A stretch of 64,000 nt of DNA from Emiliania huxleyi CCMP1516 (Eukaryota). Below are positions 22,607 to 33,715 of the stretch, in pieces (the first letter of the stretch is position 1; every line of letters begins with the position of its first letter). The position numbers and the translations under genes were made by a program. The stretch spans positions 853,331 through 917,330 of the forward strand of contig NW_005202428.1 in NCBI RefSeq assembly GCF_000372725.1, written 5' to 3'. Below the pieces are notes generated by a model. That model was not told the DNA's origin. It made no database searches and saw nothing but the letters and a program-made list of their open reading frames with translations.

Positions 22607-22743
22607 CTTGGAGCACTTGGAGTGCAGTTATCAGCCTCACATCCAGGGCCGGGGACCTGAGGAGCGCACCCAGCGGGCCGGATGATCGGGATCGGGTTGC
22701 GGGCAAGAGAGCCCTAGCCCTGGGGTGCGCGCGTTCGCAGGGC
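22607..22743 (+). repeat. Dispersed repeat family B, copy 2
   Basis: Similar to 15812-15951. Confidence 0.8.
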
Positions 22744-23463
22744 CATAACACGCGCGGGAGGCCATGCCCCGCGCACCGGCGAGCGAGTGGCACGAAAGAG
22801 TGCAAGCGCGCATGCTTTTGCGTAACGGCTCTCTCAGAAACTTCCACACATTTTACTTCGATCGGATGTCTCGCGTCGAGCGAGTCATTTGTCAAGAGGT
22901 CACGCTCGATATGCTGATTTTAGCTTGTTCGTTCAAGAGGAAATCTAGAGTCCCCGCTGCGCGGGCTCCGTGTAGGGGGCGTCGCCCTTGCCACGACTGT
23001 AGTGTACTTGGTATCTTAGGGGAAGAAAGCGCGGGGAAGCTTAGCCTGCTTAGCAAGGAGTGTAAGTAATGCGTGATTGATAGTATTGCAAGAACTAAAG
23101 TCTAAGACACGCCGCGCCAAAGTCTAAGACACGCCGCGCCGGACTTCCACGCGTGCTGCCGGGCTCGATCGCACGCGCTCATGAATGCGCTCAGCCTTCA
23201 ATGTACCTTAGCACGCGAATTCTGCGTGCCTCGCTGCGCCACTGGCTCAGTTGAATGAGGCAGCAGCAGGCTGCTGCTGCCACACCAATTCTTACTCGAG
23301 CGAGAATGGCCAACACCACTGTGCTGTGGGGCCCTCACTCACAGGCCCAGCACAGTCGGTGTACTTTTAGCTTACTGACTCTCTCTCGGTGTACGACAGT
23401 GCACTACACCTGCTTGCGGAAGCTACGCACAATGTGCGCTCGCGCAAGGGCATTGGATGAGCC

Positions 23464-24140
23464 CTACTGATGGACCTCGTTGCCGAGCCCGGCTGCGCGA
23501 TACTGCGAAGATTCTTCTTCGGTGCTAGACAGTGAGTTGTTGTTTAAATTCTTCTTCGCTGATGATGAACGATTTTGCCGGGAATGGGGGCGCGGTCCGC
23601 CTCGCCCCGCGCTCGAACTCACGGATACGCCGATGTGCCGTTGCGACTGCTGCACTCGCTGCATACGCTTCACCAGCCGCTCGAGCGGGAGGGCTCCAGC
23701 TGCGCCTCGCTGTTGCCTCAGTCGCCGACGCCGCTGCACATTTGCATGATAGTCCGACTCAGCAGCACCCGTAGATTTGTTGTGCAAGGCCATCAACCTC
23801 GCATAGTCGTTACATGTGAGAGGTGGGCTCGGCTTCAGGATGGACTGGTTGCCTGTTTCCAATGAGCCAATGTATTCTTGGCGACGGACTGGTCTGCGAC
23901 ATTCCGTGCCTTCCGGAACCATGCACCGAACCCGGGTTATGCATTCTGTGCGCTTTATCTTCCATGCCGTGGAGTGCACGGAAGTCGAGAAGAGCTTGTT
24001 GGCACCAAACAATGGATGAGCTTCCTTAGAGCCACACTTTGTAGCATGATTCCAGCCATAGTCAATGACCACGTATCCGTCAACCGAGACTAAATCGTAG
24101 ACGTTGTACAGGATGTCAATGAAGGCCAGCCCACCGTGTC
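23464..24140 (-). pseudogene. Degenerate TylF/MycF (macrocin O-methyltransferase)-like fragment
   Basis: FIDILYNVYDLVSVDGYVVIDYG resembles the TylF C-terminal motif (L..LY..LS.GG.VI.DDY). The rest appears frameshifted or missing. Confidence 0.4.
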
Positions 24141-24512
24141 GTTGTTTGGGCCCAACGGATGCTCCATGCTGTCCATGATGTTGTCCATGCTCTCCATGAT
24201 GTTGTCCATGATGTCCGATTTGGTCCCCGGCGCCCGTGCCATTGATACTCGAGGCAGGTTCAAGTGTTGGCTGTTGGCGGAAGTGGCGAAGAGGCACAGC
24301 ACCCGAGGCGATGTGATGACTCAAACACACGACACACTCTCGCTCGTGCTGGCGAGAGGTGCTGTGATGTGGCGAGGCGGGCGGGGACAGGTGACTGGAT
24401 TATATTATAGATGACTACGTCTCATACTGCATTCCGCGGAATACGCCCTCCCTCCAATATGCACGAATCAAAGACCCTCTCGGCGGGACACGGGCCGGGC
24501 CACAACGCTCAC

Positions 24513-27469
24513 CTACCTGGCCGCGGCCACGACCGTTATCGGAGCGCCACCACCCACTCTCTTGGGCCGGCGGCGGCGGAAGAGGAGCCGCGGCCCACCG
24601 CCCGGAAGACACCAGCGACGGCGAGCGGGTCCGGCCGCCGCGGCGCTCTGCTGCAGGTCACGCCGCAGGCGCCACTGCAGCAGGAGGAGCGCGCCGCAGC
24701 GAGCCACGGAGGCGAAGGCGACGAGGATGAGGGCGCACCAGCCCGAGGCCGGGGTGCCGATGCCGAGCGTGGCCAGCACCTCGTCGCGCGGCACAGGAGG
24801 TCCGCCCGGCACGGGCGACGCGTACTCGGTCCCCTGGAGGAAGACGAGCTGGGCGATGAGGGAAGTCGCATAGTAGAGCGGGTTCCTGTGGAAACGCGGC
24901 AAGAGGTGGGTGGGAGGTCGGTGGGGGGATGCTCTGACCCTGCGGAGGGAAAGGCAGGGGCTGCGGCTCACGCGAAGCGCAGCTCGGGCAGCGGCATCTG
25001 GGAAGGAGGCACAAAGATGCCCGTGAAGAGGAAGCAGAACGACATGAAGAGCATCGAGAGCGTGCCCGAGTTGGCGCGCGTGAAAGTCGCTCCGACGGCG
25101 AGCAGCAAGCCGACGCTGTGGAACGTTACCACAATGAGCACCTGGCGGAGCGGCGGCGGGTGATCTCGGGCGATCTCGCGGGCGATCTCGGGCGATCTCG
25201 GCGTTCTCAGCTGATCTTGGCTGATCTCGGCTGATCTCGGCTGGTCCCTCGAGGGACACCTGGCTGAGCAGTGTCAGCGCGAAAGCGGCCGCGTCGTCCG
25301 CGATGCCGGCGAGCCAGTAGAAAGGGACGGCGTTGACGACGAGGAGGAGCAGCTCGGGCAGCAGCGCGATGCTCGTGGTTGGCACGTACCACGCGCTGAC
25401 GCAAGCGGCGCCCTGCTGCAGCTCCTTGCGCACCTGGGCTTGGGGTTGGGGGCGGGGTTGGGGGCACGGATTGGGGGCGCGCCTGCTGCAGCTGCCTGCG
25501 CGCCATCCGTTCGTCGCGCGGGACGAGCGGCAGCGCGGCCATGAGAGGGAAAAACATCCAGTTGATGCTGGACAGGAAGGAGGCGGAGAAGCGCGACCGC
25601 GCGTCGGCCGCGTCGTAGCCGAGTCGGAAGAAGAGGAAGCCCGCCTGGGGGTGGCGGGGACACGCGCGCGGCAAATCGGACCTCAACGTGGCAGACCGCA
25701 GCTGCTGACGCACAAGCCATCTCGCACTCACAAACGAGGCTCGCGCCGGAGACGGGGGGCTCGTCTGCTGGCAAGCGCACAGGGGCGCCGCGCATCGGAG
25801 GCAGCTGGGGAGGCAGCTACCCGGGTAGGGAGGACTCTAGGGAGGCAGCTAGGGGGGCAGCGGGGGAGGCATACCAGCAGGCCGATGCACAGCTGCAGGG
25901 CTGCTATCTCGTGCACCCAGATTGAGCCGCGAGCGAGCCGCCAGGCGCGCGCCCCGAGCACTCTCACCTAGTGCGCCCCGGAAGGACTCCGGTCAGACGG
26001 CCCGCCGCCGCCGCCGCACAAGCTCGGCAGCGCCGTCGCCTGGTAGGCCCAAGTCGGGGGCGGAGAGGCAGCGTCTGCGCTCGAGGCCTCTGCGCTGGCG
26101 CGGACTGGCGCCGCGCTCTCAAACGCCGACTCTGCCGCCGCCTCGGCCTCGGCACGGAGGAGGAGCTCCTGTGGAGGGGCGAGGGGGAGGGGGGGGAGGG
26201 AGAGGGGGCGGGGGGGGGGGGGTGGAGGGAGAGGGGGCCATTGGGCGGCGGAAGACGCGGAGGCGTGAGACGGAGGTGGAGGCGGGAGAGGGAGGGGAGA
26301 AGAGGGAGAGGGGCAGCCGAGGTGGACGGAGGAGGGGGGGTGGGAGAAGGAGGAGAGAGAGGTGGGGGTAGAAGGGCTGGGAGGGAGAGGGGTGGGGGTG
26401 GGAAGGGTGGAGAGAGGGGGGGAGAGGTAGCGCCGCTCCTGCGCGGTGGAGCAGCGCTCGAGCACCAGGACCTCCATCAGCCAGTCGGCGGCCGAGAAGT
26501 CCGGAGGGCGCGCCTTGCCGAGCAACGCCCCGAAGCGGTCCGCCGCGGCGGCGCGTGGTCCGTGGTAGAGCGTGAGTCCAGCTTTGAGGAGGAGGAGCGA
26601 GTCGAAGAGCGCGAAGACCTGCGAGCTCGGCTGGTGAATCGAGGCGACGACCGTGACGCCGTGCGTGTGCGCGAGCTCGCGCAGCACGTCCACGACCACC
26701 TTGCAAACCACCGAGACAGAGCGGGGTGAGGCGAGGCGCGAGCGACGTCGGTGAAGCTGCAACGCGCAGCCCTCAAGGATCCAAATATCAGTGCTAAACG
26801 TCCTTATGGGCCCAAGTGAAAACACTCGTGGCGGGAGGACAGGGCGACGGCGCGCACGTACGCCATTGACGAGTCGAGACCGGAGGAGGGCTCGTCGAGG
26901 AAGAGCAGCGACGGCATCGTCAGGAGCTCGCACGCTATGCAGAGGCGCTTCCTCTCTCCTCCCGAGATCCCGCGGCTTGCGGCGCTCGACGAGTCGCCGA
27001 CCTGAGTGCCTTCGCAGCTCGCGAGCCGCAGGATGGCAAGGAGAGAGGCAACGCGCGCCTCCCGCGCCGCCGGCGTCAGGTGCGAGAGCCGCAGCGCCGC
27101 GGCAAACCGAAGGCTTTCGCCAACGGTCAGCTGCTGCAAGACCTGATCGTCCTGCTCCACGACCCCGACGCGCCTTTTGAGGCGCGCCGACCACACACTG
27201 CCGCCGTAGAGAACCTCGCCGCCGCTGCTTGGGCCGCGGTGCGCGAGGGCGTTGAGTAGCGTGGTTTTGCCGCCTCCAGACGGTCCCATTGCCGCGAGTA
27301 GGCTGCCCGCTTCCATAGCTCCAGAACACGGCTGAAGAGCCAGCACTGGCGAAGCGCGTGGCCGGTTGATCGTGACGCTCAGAGAGTGCCAGCGAAGGTC
27401 GAGCGGCGCGACCTTGAAGTCGTGACGGACAAACGAGCGCTCTACGCCAACAGGCTTGTTCGTCGCCAT
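24513..27469 (-). CDS. ABCG (White-family) half transporter, multi-exon
   Basis: Walker A GPSGGGKTT, signature ISGGERKR, Walker B LLFLDEPSSGLDS, H-loop SIHQPS, then ABC2 membrane-domain exons. Confidence 0.93.
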
Positions 27470-27751
27470 GTAGTGTCCCTCACCGTCGAATGCGGCCTGG
27501 TCTTGGTCTTCGACTTGGAACGTGGTGAAATGTCACCGCAAGGTGGCGTGAAAAACAAAACAAAAAGCCGGAGGGGTCCGCCGCCTTGCGTTTGTTTCAT
27601 ACATCGAAGGCTAAGCTCAAAAAAATTAGCAATTTCACAACAAAACTCCCTGCATGCTGGGCGCCGCATCATCTACTACCGCTCCACGCCGAGGCGCGGG
27701 TGGCGGTGCTCGCCGGCGCTCGCGGGGCTTCGTTCGGTGCTCGCGCGCGCA

Positions 27752-27753
<2 letters not shown>

Positions 27754-27797
<44 letters not shown>

Positions 27798-27835
27798 CAT
27801 GCATGCATGCATGCATGCATGCATGCATGCATGCA
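27754..27835. repeat. (CA)n followed by (TGCA)n microsatellite
   Basis: Seen directly. Confidence 0.95.
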
Positions 27836-28528
27836 CAGACACAGCGCCTTCCCCTTCCCCCTCAATCAAGACCCTCAAGGGCGAGGACACACACAGGACG
27901 CACCTCTAGCGAGGCCCGCATAGTATGTGGGTGGGAGACTCCTGCCGCCGCCCCTGCCACCCCTGTGCCAGTGTGCCTGTGGTTGCGAGAGACTGCCAGT
28001 GAGAAGCTGGAGGCAGGTCGCTATAGACTGAGATGAGACCGCCAGTGGAGTTGGGAGTCCACCGTGCACCGGCCATCAGCGGCCACCGCGCTGCGAGCCT
28101 GTCGTGTCCCTTGTCAGGAGCAGGAGAGCCCCACCTGTGCCCCTGATCGTCCTTCCAAAATCCTGCTCGTGCAGGTGTGGACTCTGTCCTCCTCCCCCAT
28201 CGTCAAAGGCGATTAGCCGTCATATATCAAACTTCAAAGAGATATCACACACACAAAAGAAATTGGGCCGGACTAAGGGCTTCTGCGCGCATTGCGTGTG
28301 TCCGTGTGTGAGGTGTGGGAACAAAATTTTACAACAGAACTCTCTCGCACAACACTGGGCACGCACGCGCGCACTGGCACTGTGTGAAAAAGAATTCGCA
28401 CCTGCTAACAAACGTGCGTCCCTGTCTGAGTTGCGTCCCTGTGGCGCGATTGTGCGTCTGAGCCGCGTCCCTGTGGCGCGATTCGTGCGTCTGGGCCGGC
28501 GTTTCTCCTGCCCGTGTGCGGCCTCACC

Positions 28529-29134
28529 ATGTCCAACTCCGAGGACGACGATGCATACGACCCCAACCGATGCTCGGACGATGAGAGAGACATGGGCCCT
28601 CCACTGCAGGGAAGGCATTCCGAGCCGGCCGCCGCGGCTGACGCCCTGGCCATTCGCTACGGTGTGGTGCGGTACTCGTCGCAGCAGCACTACTTCTGGG
28701 CCGTGCACGAGGGCGACGTACCCGCTGCATGCGGTTTTTTGCTGCGCGGTGTCTCTCCCGATGCGAGGATGCTGCCCACCGATTTTGACAACGCGATCAA
28801 CGAGCACAACTGGCCGTGCTCTCGCTTCGACGGCCGGTACGAGGACACGGCGCTGCACATGGCTGTGCGCTGCCGCGACGAGAAGATGGTCGAGGCGTTG
28901 CTGCGTCACGGGGCGGATCCCAGTCTTCGGAACGATGCGGGCGAGACGCCGTTCGATATTGCCCGCGGCGGTGGGAGTCGGTGGAGCGCCGCCTACTTGA
29001 CTCCGCATAACTTTGGTGGCTCGGAGTCGCGCATCTCAGCGCTGCTGCAAGGGACAGCCGAGTCGGGTGGAGCTGAGCCGCCGGACGGCGGACTCGTCGT
29101 GGTTGAAGCCACGCTCGTCACTAGTGACACCTGA
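28529..29134 (+). CDS. Ankyrin-repeat protein
   Basis: DTALHMAVRCRDEKMVEALLRHGADPSLRNDAGETPFDIA. Confidence 0.85.
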   Translation: MSNSEDDDAYDPNRCSDDERDMGPPLQGRHSEPAAAADALAIRYGVVRYSSQQHYFWAVHEGDVPAACGFLLRGVSPDARMLPTDFDNAINEHNWPCSRFDGRYEDTALHMAVRCRDEKMVEALLRHGADPSLRNDAGETPFDIARGGGSRWSAAYLTPHNFGGSESRISALLQGTAESGGAEPPDGGLVVVEATLVTSDT

Positions 29135-29746
29135 CAAGTCGCAGGGCGAGTCGCGAGAGTGTGCCTATCTCTCATGAAGATTCCTGTGCCGTTGCATACC
29201 TAATGAACACACGGAAACATATTGACGTCGCGCCCGCGACGCATCTCCCACACTCTCCAATTTAACGTGGGACATGCAGGCTATAGAGTAAGATATATAT
29301 AAGAGAGACTCTCTGCAAGCAACAGCCGCTCGCGCGCTCCCCGAGAGCAAGGGAGCGGCAGGCGGCAGCGCCGTCGCAGAACGAGGCAGAGGAGAGCGAC
29401 GCGACAGAGGAAGAAGCGAGACAAGAGAGAGAACGACGAGAGTGGGACGACCGCGGGGTGGCATGAAGGTTGCAGGTTGCAGCGAGAATCGGCGAGAGAC
29501 TGCGAAGAGAGATCGGAAGAGGCGGACGACCAAGGGTGGGCGACGGCTAGCGCATCACACCCCTCTCCTTAAAATCCCCGTGTGGTGGCGGCGGCGTGCC
29601 GTCCTCCCGCTCCGCCATCCCCCTCCCTTGGGTTGTCCTGTTTTCTTTCTTTCTTCCCTCGCACGACACTGGGCACGGGACTGGCGCGCACTGGCACAAA
29701 CACAGGTACAGGTACACACCAGATAAAAAGATTTTTCCGACGATCT

Positions 29747-29807
29747 CTTGAGCACTTGAGCACTGTGGATAGGGTCGATTCCGCATGGAGCATGGTACGG
29801 GACCCCT
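29747..29807 (+). repeat. Dispersed repeat family A, copy 2
   Basis: Matches 16429-16480 with small insertions. Confidence 0.85.
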
Positions 29808-29892
29808 CGGCAAGGTCTCGGTGTGGTGAGTGAGCAAGCACAGAGGGGCACGAGCCACGGTGTACGGCCTCTGCCGCCTCTCGCACACGCAC

Positions 29893-30960
29893 TCACACGC
29901 ACATGAGCGACTCGCGCGTGTCCGCGCCGGTGGTCGGGTTCTTGCCAATCGCGTCCGCTCTGGCGCACAGCGCCTTTTGCGTCGGCAGCGGCATGACGGC
30001 CTCTGTGAAGTCGGCGCCCTTGATGGACTCGGCGTCGGCGATGGTCTTCGTCAGGTACGCAGACTCGAGCACCGCGCCGTCCATCAACGCGCCGGTCAGC
30101 CCAGCCTCCTCCAGCGATGCGCTTGAGAGGTCCGCGCCTGTTCACAGTGAGATGGTCCGTGGTGGACGGTGCGTGATTCGCAGCCTCCCTGGAGCGCTGG
30201 AGAGCCGCGCCGGAGAAATCCACCTCGGACATGTCCGCCTGAGGAGAGAGTGGCAAAATGGTTCGCGTCAGTATTGACGAGCCTGCACGGACAGAGAGGT
30301 TGAAGAATAGTCTGACAAGTGACTGGACACCACCGACGGTATGGGTGGACGCAAGCGGAAGTGGAGATAGCCACGCTGGAGCGACACGCAGCCTCTATCT
30401 TAGTCCGCCTTGAAGAAGGAGCAGCCGCGCAGCTTGGAGTCCTTAAAGGAGGCGCCTATGGTGTGCAGTGTACGATCGTTCTTTTTCTTGTTGGAAGGAG
30501 GCGCTTTCGCGACAGCAACAGTGGCAAGTGGCGAGGGAAGCGCTGCCGGGCATGAGCGGTGAGGAGCGAGGCGGCGGCGAGAACGTAAGCGGTGTCATCA
30601 CGCAGCGACGGAGAGGAAGGACAGAGGACAGAGAGCGGCAGCCGCGAGTGCAGTGAGGCGGACACCCTTCGCAAAAGTTCCACGGAACTCCTTCCCGTTG
30701 AGAGTCTGGCCGCCGAGGTCCTGTCCCGTGAGGTCGAAGCCAGAGTAGTCCTTTCCCCCGCCACTGACGGCCATCGCGGGGTCCGCCCACGCGATCAGCG
30801 CGGCAGCAGCACAGGCAGCAAGCGGAAGCCGCTGAAAAAGAGAGGAATCGGCGGCGCGGGGAGAGGCCGCGGCGGCGGCGGCGGCGGCGGTCGCGTGCAC
30901 AGGAGCCACGCGCAAGCCTTGGGGTGGTGCAAACGACAGGCACAGCAGGAGGGAAGACAT
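29893..30960 (-). CDS. Thylakoid-lumenal pentapeptide-repeat protein, multi-exon
   Basis: Signal + transit peptide + PAMA lumen cleavage site, VSGGGKDYSG, A(D/x)L pentapeptides and C-terminal GKNPTTGADTRESLMCV. Confidence 0.85.
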
Positions 30961-32199
30961 TCAGTCACTGGCCCAGGCTGATGACTGCACTCCAAGTGCT
31001 CGAGCAAGTGCTCACCGATAAAAAGAATTTGAATCCCCGCAATAAAATAAGGAGTGGCCCCTCGAGGGAATGGGACCGCCGCAAGCGGCGTGGCGTGGAG
31101 CGGTTGAGCATCCCTCCGGGGGCCCCTCTGCGCCGGGGAGGCGTTGTTGGAGGCTAGGACGCAAGCGTCCGTCGCCTTTTTCAAACTCGGGGCCCACTCC
31201 GCTACGCTCCGACCCGAATTTGGAGGGCCATGAAGTTTAAGGTGTTGCTGCGCAAAAGGGGCGGGGCGCGGGCGCGCGCGGCAGGTCTTTTTGGAGATCA
31301 GACCTTTCGATGGTTCATGCTTTCTATGTCTATCTATTCGTGCTTCATGAACACGACACGCGGTGGTGGGAGCTGGTGGAGCTGTCAGCTGATCGATCCA
31401 AGCGGTTGGGGAGTGGGGGGCATGGCTGGGCATGCAGGTCCGCCAGTCGGCCCGGCCTCTGACGTGGTGCTGCCGCTGCATTCGCTGAACCCTGAAGAAG
31501 AGAGGTGCGACTTGATTGGAGGCACTGGAGGCGAGGGTGGGGAAGGGAAGGTTGGGCCGGGCCGTGAGGGGCTGATGGCGCTGGCCAGCGCGGGGTGTGA
31601 GATGTCGTCGTCGTCGTATACTGCTGGCCCTCGAGTTGCCAGGGCTGTGGGCTGCAGAATTGGCGTCTGTGGCGTCTACGCAGGCTCTGCAGCGTGATGG
31701 CTGGCGGGACTGCGAGGCCGGCGGCAGCGGAAGGAGAGGCTGGGCACGAGCCAGGAACAGGCTGGCCAGGTCCGCAGGTGGCTGCGCTCGGGCGAGGCGC
31801 GCGCGCGCATGGCAGGCCGAGCAGGCTCGGCATATATGGTGAACCCCCGACATGGCGGTCCCGCTTTTCCCGATCATTTCGTCCGTCCAATCGAAGGAAG
31901 CGCCGGATCGCCCATGTTATGGAGTTAGCCAAACTTGCCCCGACGTTCTTCGTCGCAGATTCCGTGGTTTTTGCACGGTATTCGGATTTTCGCTATTGGG
32001 TCGTGTGGGTGTGTATTCCGGGATTAGTCAATGGTACCGCGTCGGCGACGCGGGCGCCTTGCGGGCAAAGCCCTTAGCCACCCTTTGTCTTGCGCGGTCA
32101 AAAATTCTCGCAAGCCTCAAAGGCTGCACTGCCTCTCGCCACATGAGAGAGAGCGCGCGCGCGAGAAAGGGAGCAAAGCGCAGCCTCAATGTAGACTGC

Positions 32200-33569
32200 T
32201 CACGATGCCGGGGACAACAGAGCCGGCGCAAGCGCGAGGGACACCGCGGCCACCACCGCCACTGCCATCACCGATGCCAGGTGCAGCGGAGCCACCCGCG
32301 CCCGCGCCCAGCGGAGCATGTCGAGGACATTGTAGTAGGCGACGACCCAGTCCACCTCGGGCGCGCGCGCCGCCGCACCCCCCGCCGCCTCCGCGGCGGC
32401 CGCGGCGGCCGCGACGGCCTCTGGGCCGAGGGTGGAGTGCGTGGAGAGGGTGGCGGCGACGTCGATCTCCTCGTCGCCCGTCGAGCGCACGATCGAGGAG
32501 ACGCTTCGGCCGCGCGGGCCTGGCGCGATGGCGAGCGGCGAGGTGCGAATCGACTCGTACCTAGGGCGGGGCGTGTCCGCAGGCTCGAGCAGGGCCTCGA
32601 TCGCGCGGCACGCGGGGCGGGGCCGAGGGGCCGAGCGCGGCAGTGGCGGAGCCAGAGCCAGGGCCGAGGCGGTGGCGGGGTGGAGGAGGGTGCTCACGTC
32701 TCGAGGAGCAGCCGCTCCGGCACGAACTGCAGGTATGGGGCCTCGCGGCAGTTGGTGAGAAACTGGGCGCGCGACATCTTGGTCTTGACGGCGGGGTTGT
32801 GCAGGTCGGTGTTGAGCACGATCGTGGCGTACACGAGCGAGTAGACGGTATGCCGCGCCTCTGGCAGCGGCAAGCCGCCGTCGAGGCCGACCGACGCCCA
32901 GGCGGATGGGTTGTCCCTCAGCCAGTGCATTGAAAACAGGCCGATCACGCGGTCGGCGCCAGAGCCAGCGTCGATGGGCAGGAACGGGAACTGGAGCAGA
33001 AGCCCGCGCAGCGCCGCTAGCGGACTTGGCGAGCCCGCCTGCGGGAAGGCGCGCAGCACGCGGTCGAGCGAGGCGCGAGGGTGCGAGTCGTGGCACACGA
33101 AGCTGGCGAGCCGGCGCCGCTCGTGGAGCGGTAGCCACAGCAGCAGCTTGCGCGCGGGCGCCTCCCAAAAGAGCTCCGATTCAAAGAGCTCCGATTCAGC
33201 GAGGAGTGCGTGGTCGACGTGCACGCTGAGCGAAAAAGCACCACCGCTGAACATGGTCTCGAAGCCGCGCCGGTAGGAGCAAGCCATCTCCTTGCGCACC
33301 GCCGTCTCGAGCCACGCGAGCGCCTCGCGCGGGCGGTCCGTCGCCTCCACGCCCCACCGCGACTGGAGGAAAAACTGCCAGCGAGGCTCGCAAAGCGGTT
33401 CGTGACAGCCTGCGCGCCAGCTCTTGCTGACCGCCGCCAAGCTAGTCGCCGTCGCCAGGTCGAGGCGGCTGAAGACGAGCGAGGGCTCGGGCAGGGAGTC
33501 GAGCGATGGCGACATGGACTGCTTGCGAGAGCAAAGCGGCGCTGCGGGCGGCCGGGCGGCCGTGGACAT
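32200..33569 (-). CDS. F-box + Sec7-domain protein (FBXO8-like architecture), one intron at about 32562-32698
   Basis: F-box-like LDSLPEPSLVFSRLDLATATSLAAVSKSWR. Sec7 motif 2 VYSLVYATIVLNTDLHNPAVKTKMSRAQFLTN and LET|YESIRTSPL. Confidence 0.82.
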
Positions 33570-33715
33570 GTCCGGAAAACTGGAAAGAAATTTAGCGACC
33601 CCACAGTAGGCACGGGACTGGCGCGCAGACTGGCCGGAGAGAAAAGAAGAAGGCGCGAGCGATCCATCCAACTAGACGTGATCCCATCCTCGTTCCGGTG
33701 CGAATCGCCGCCACA

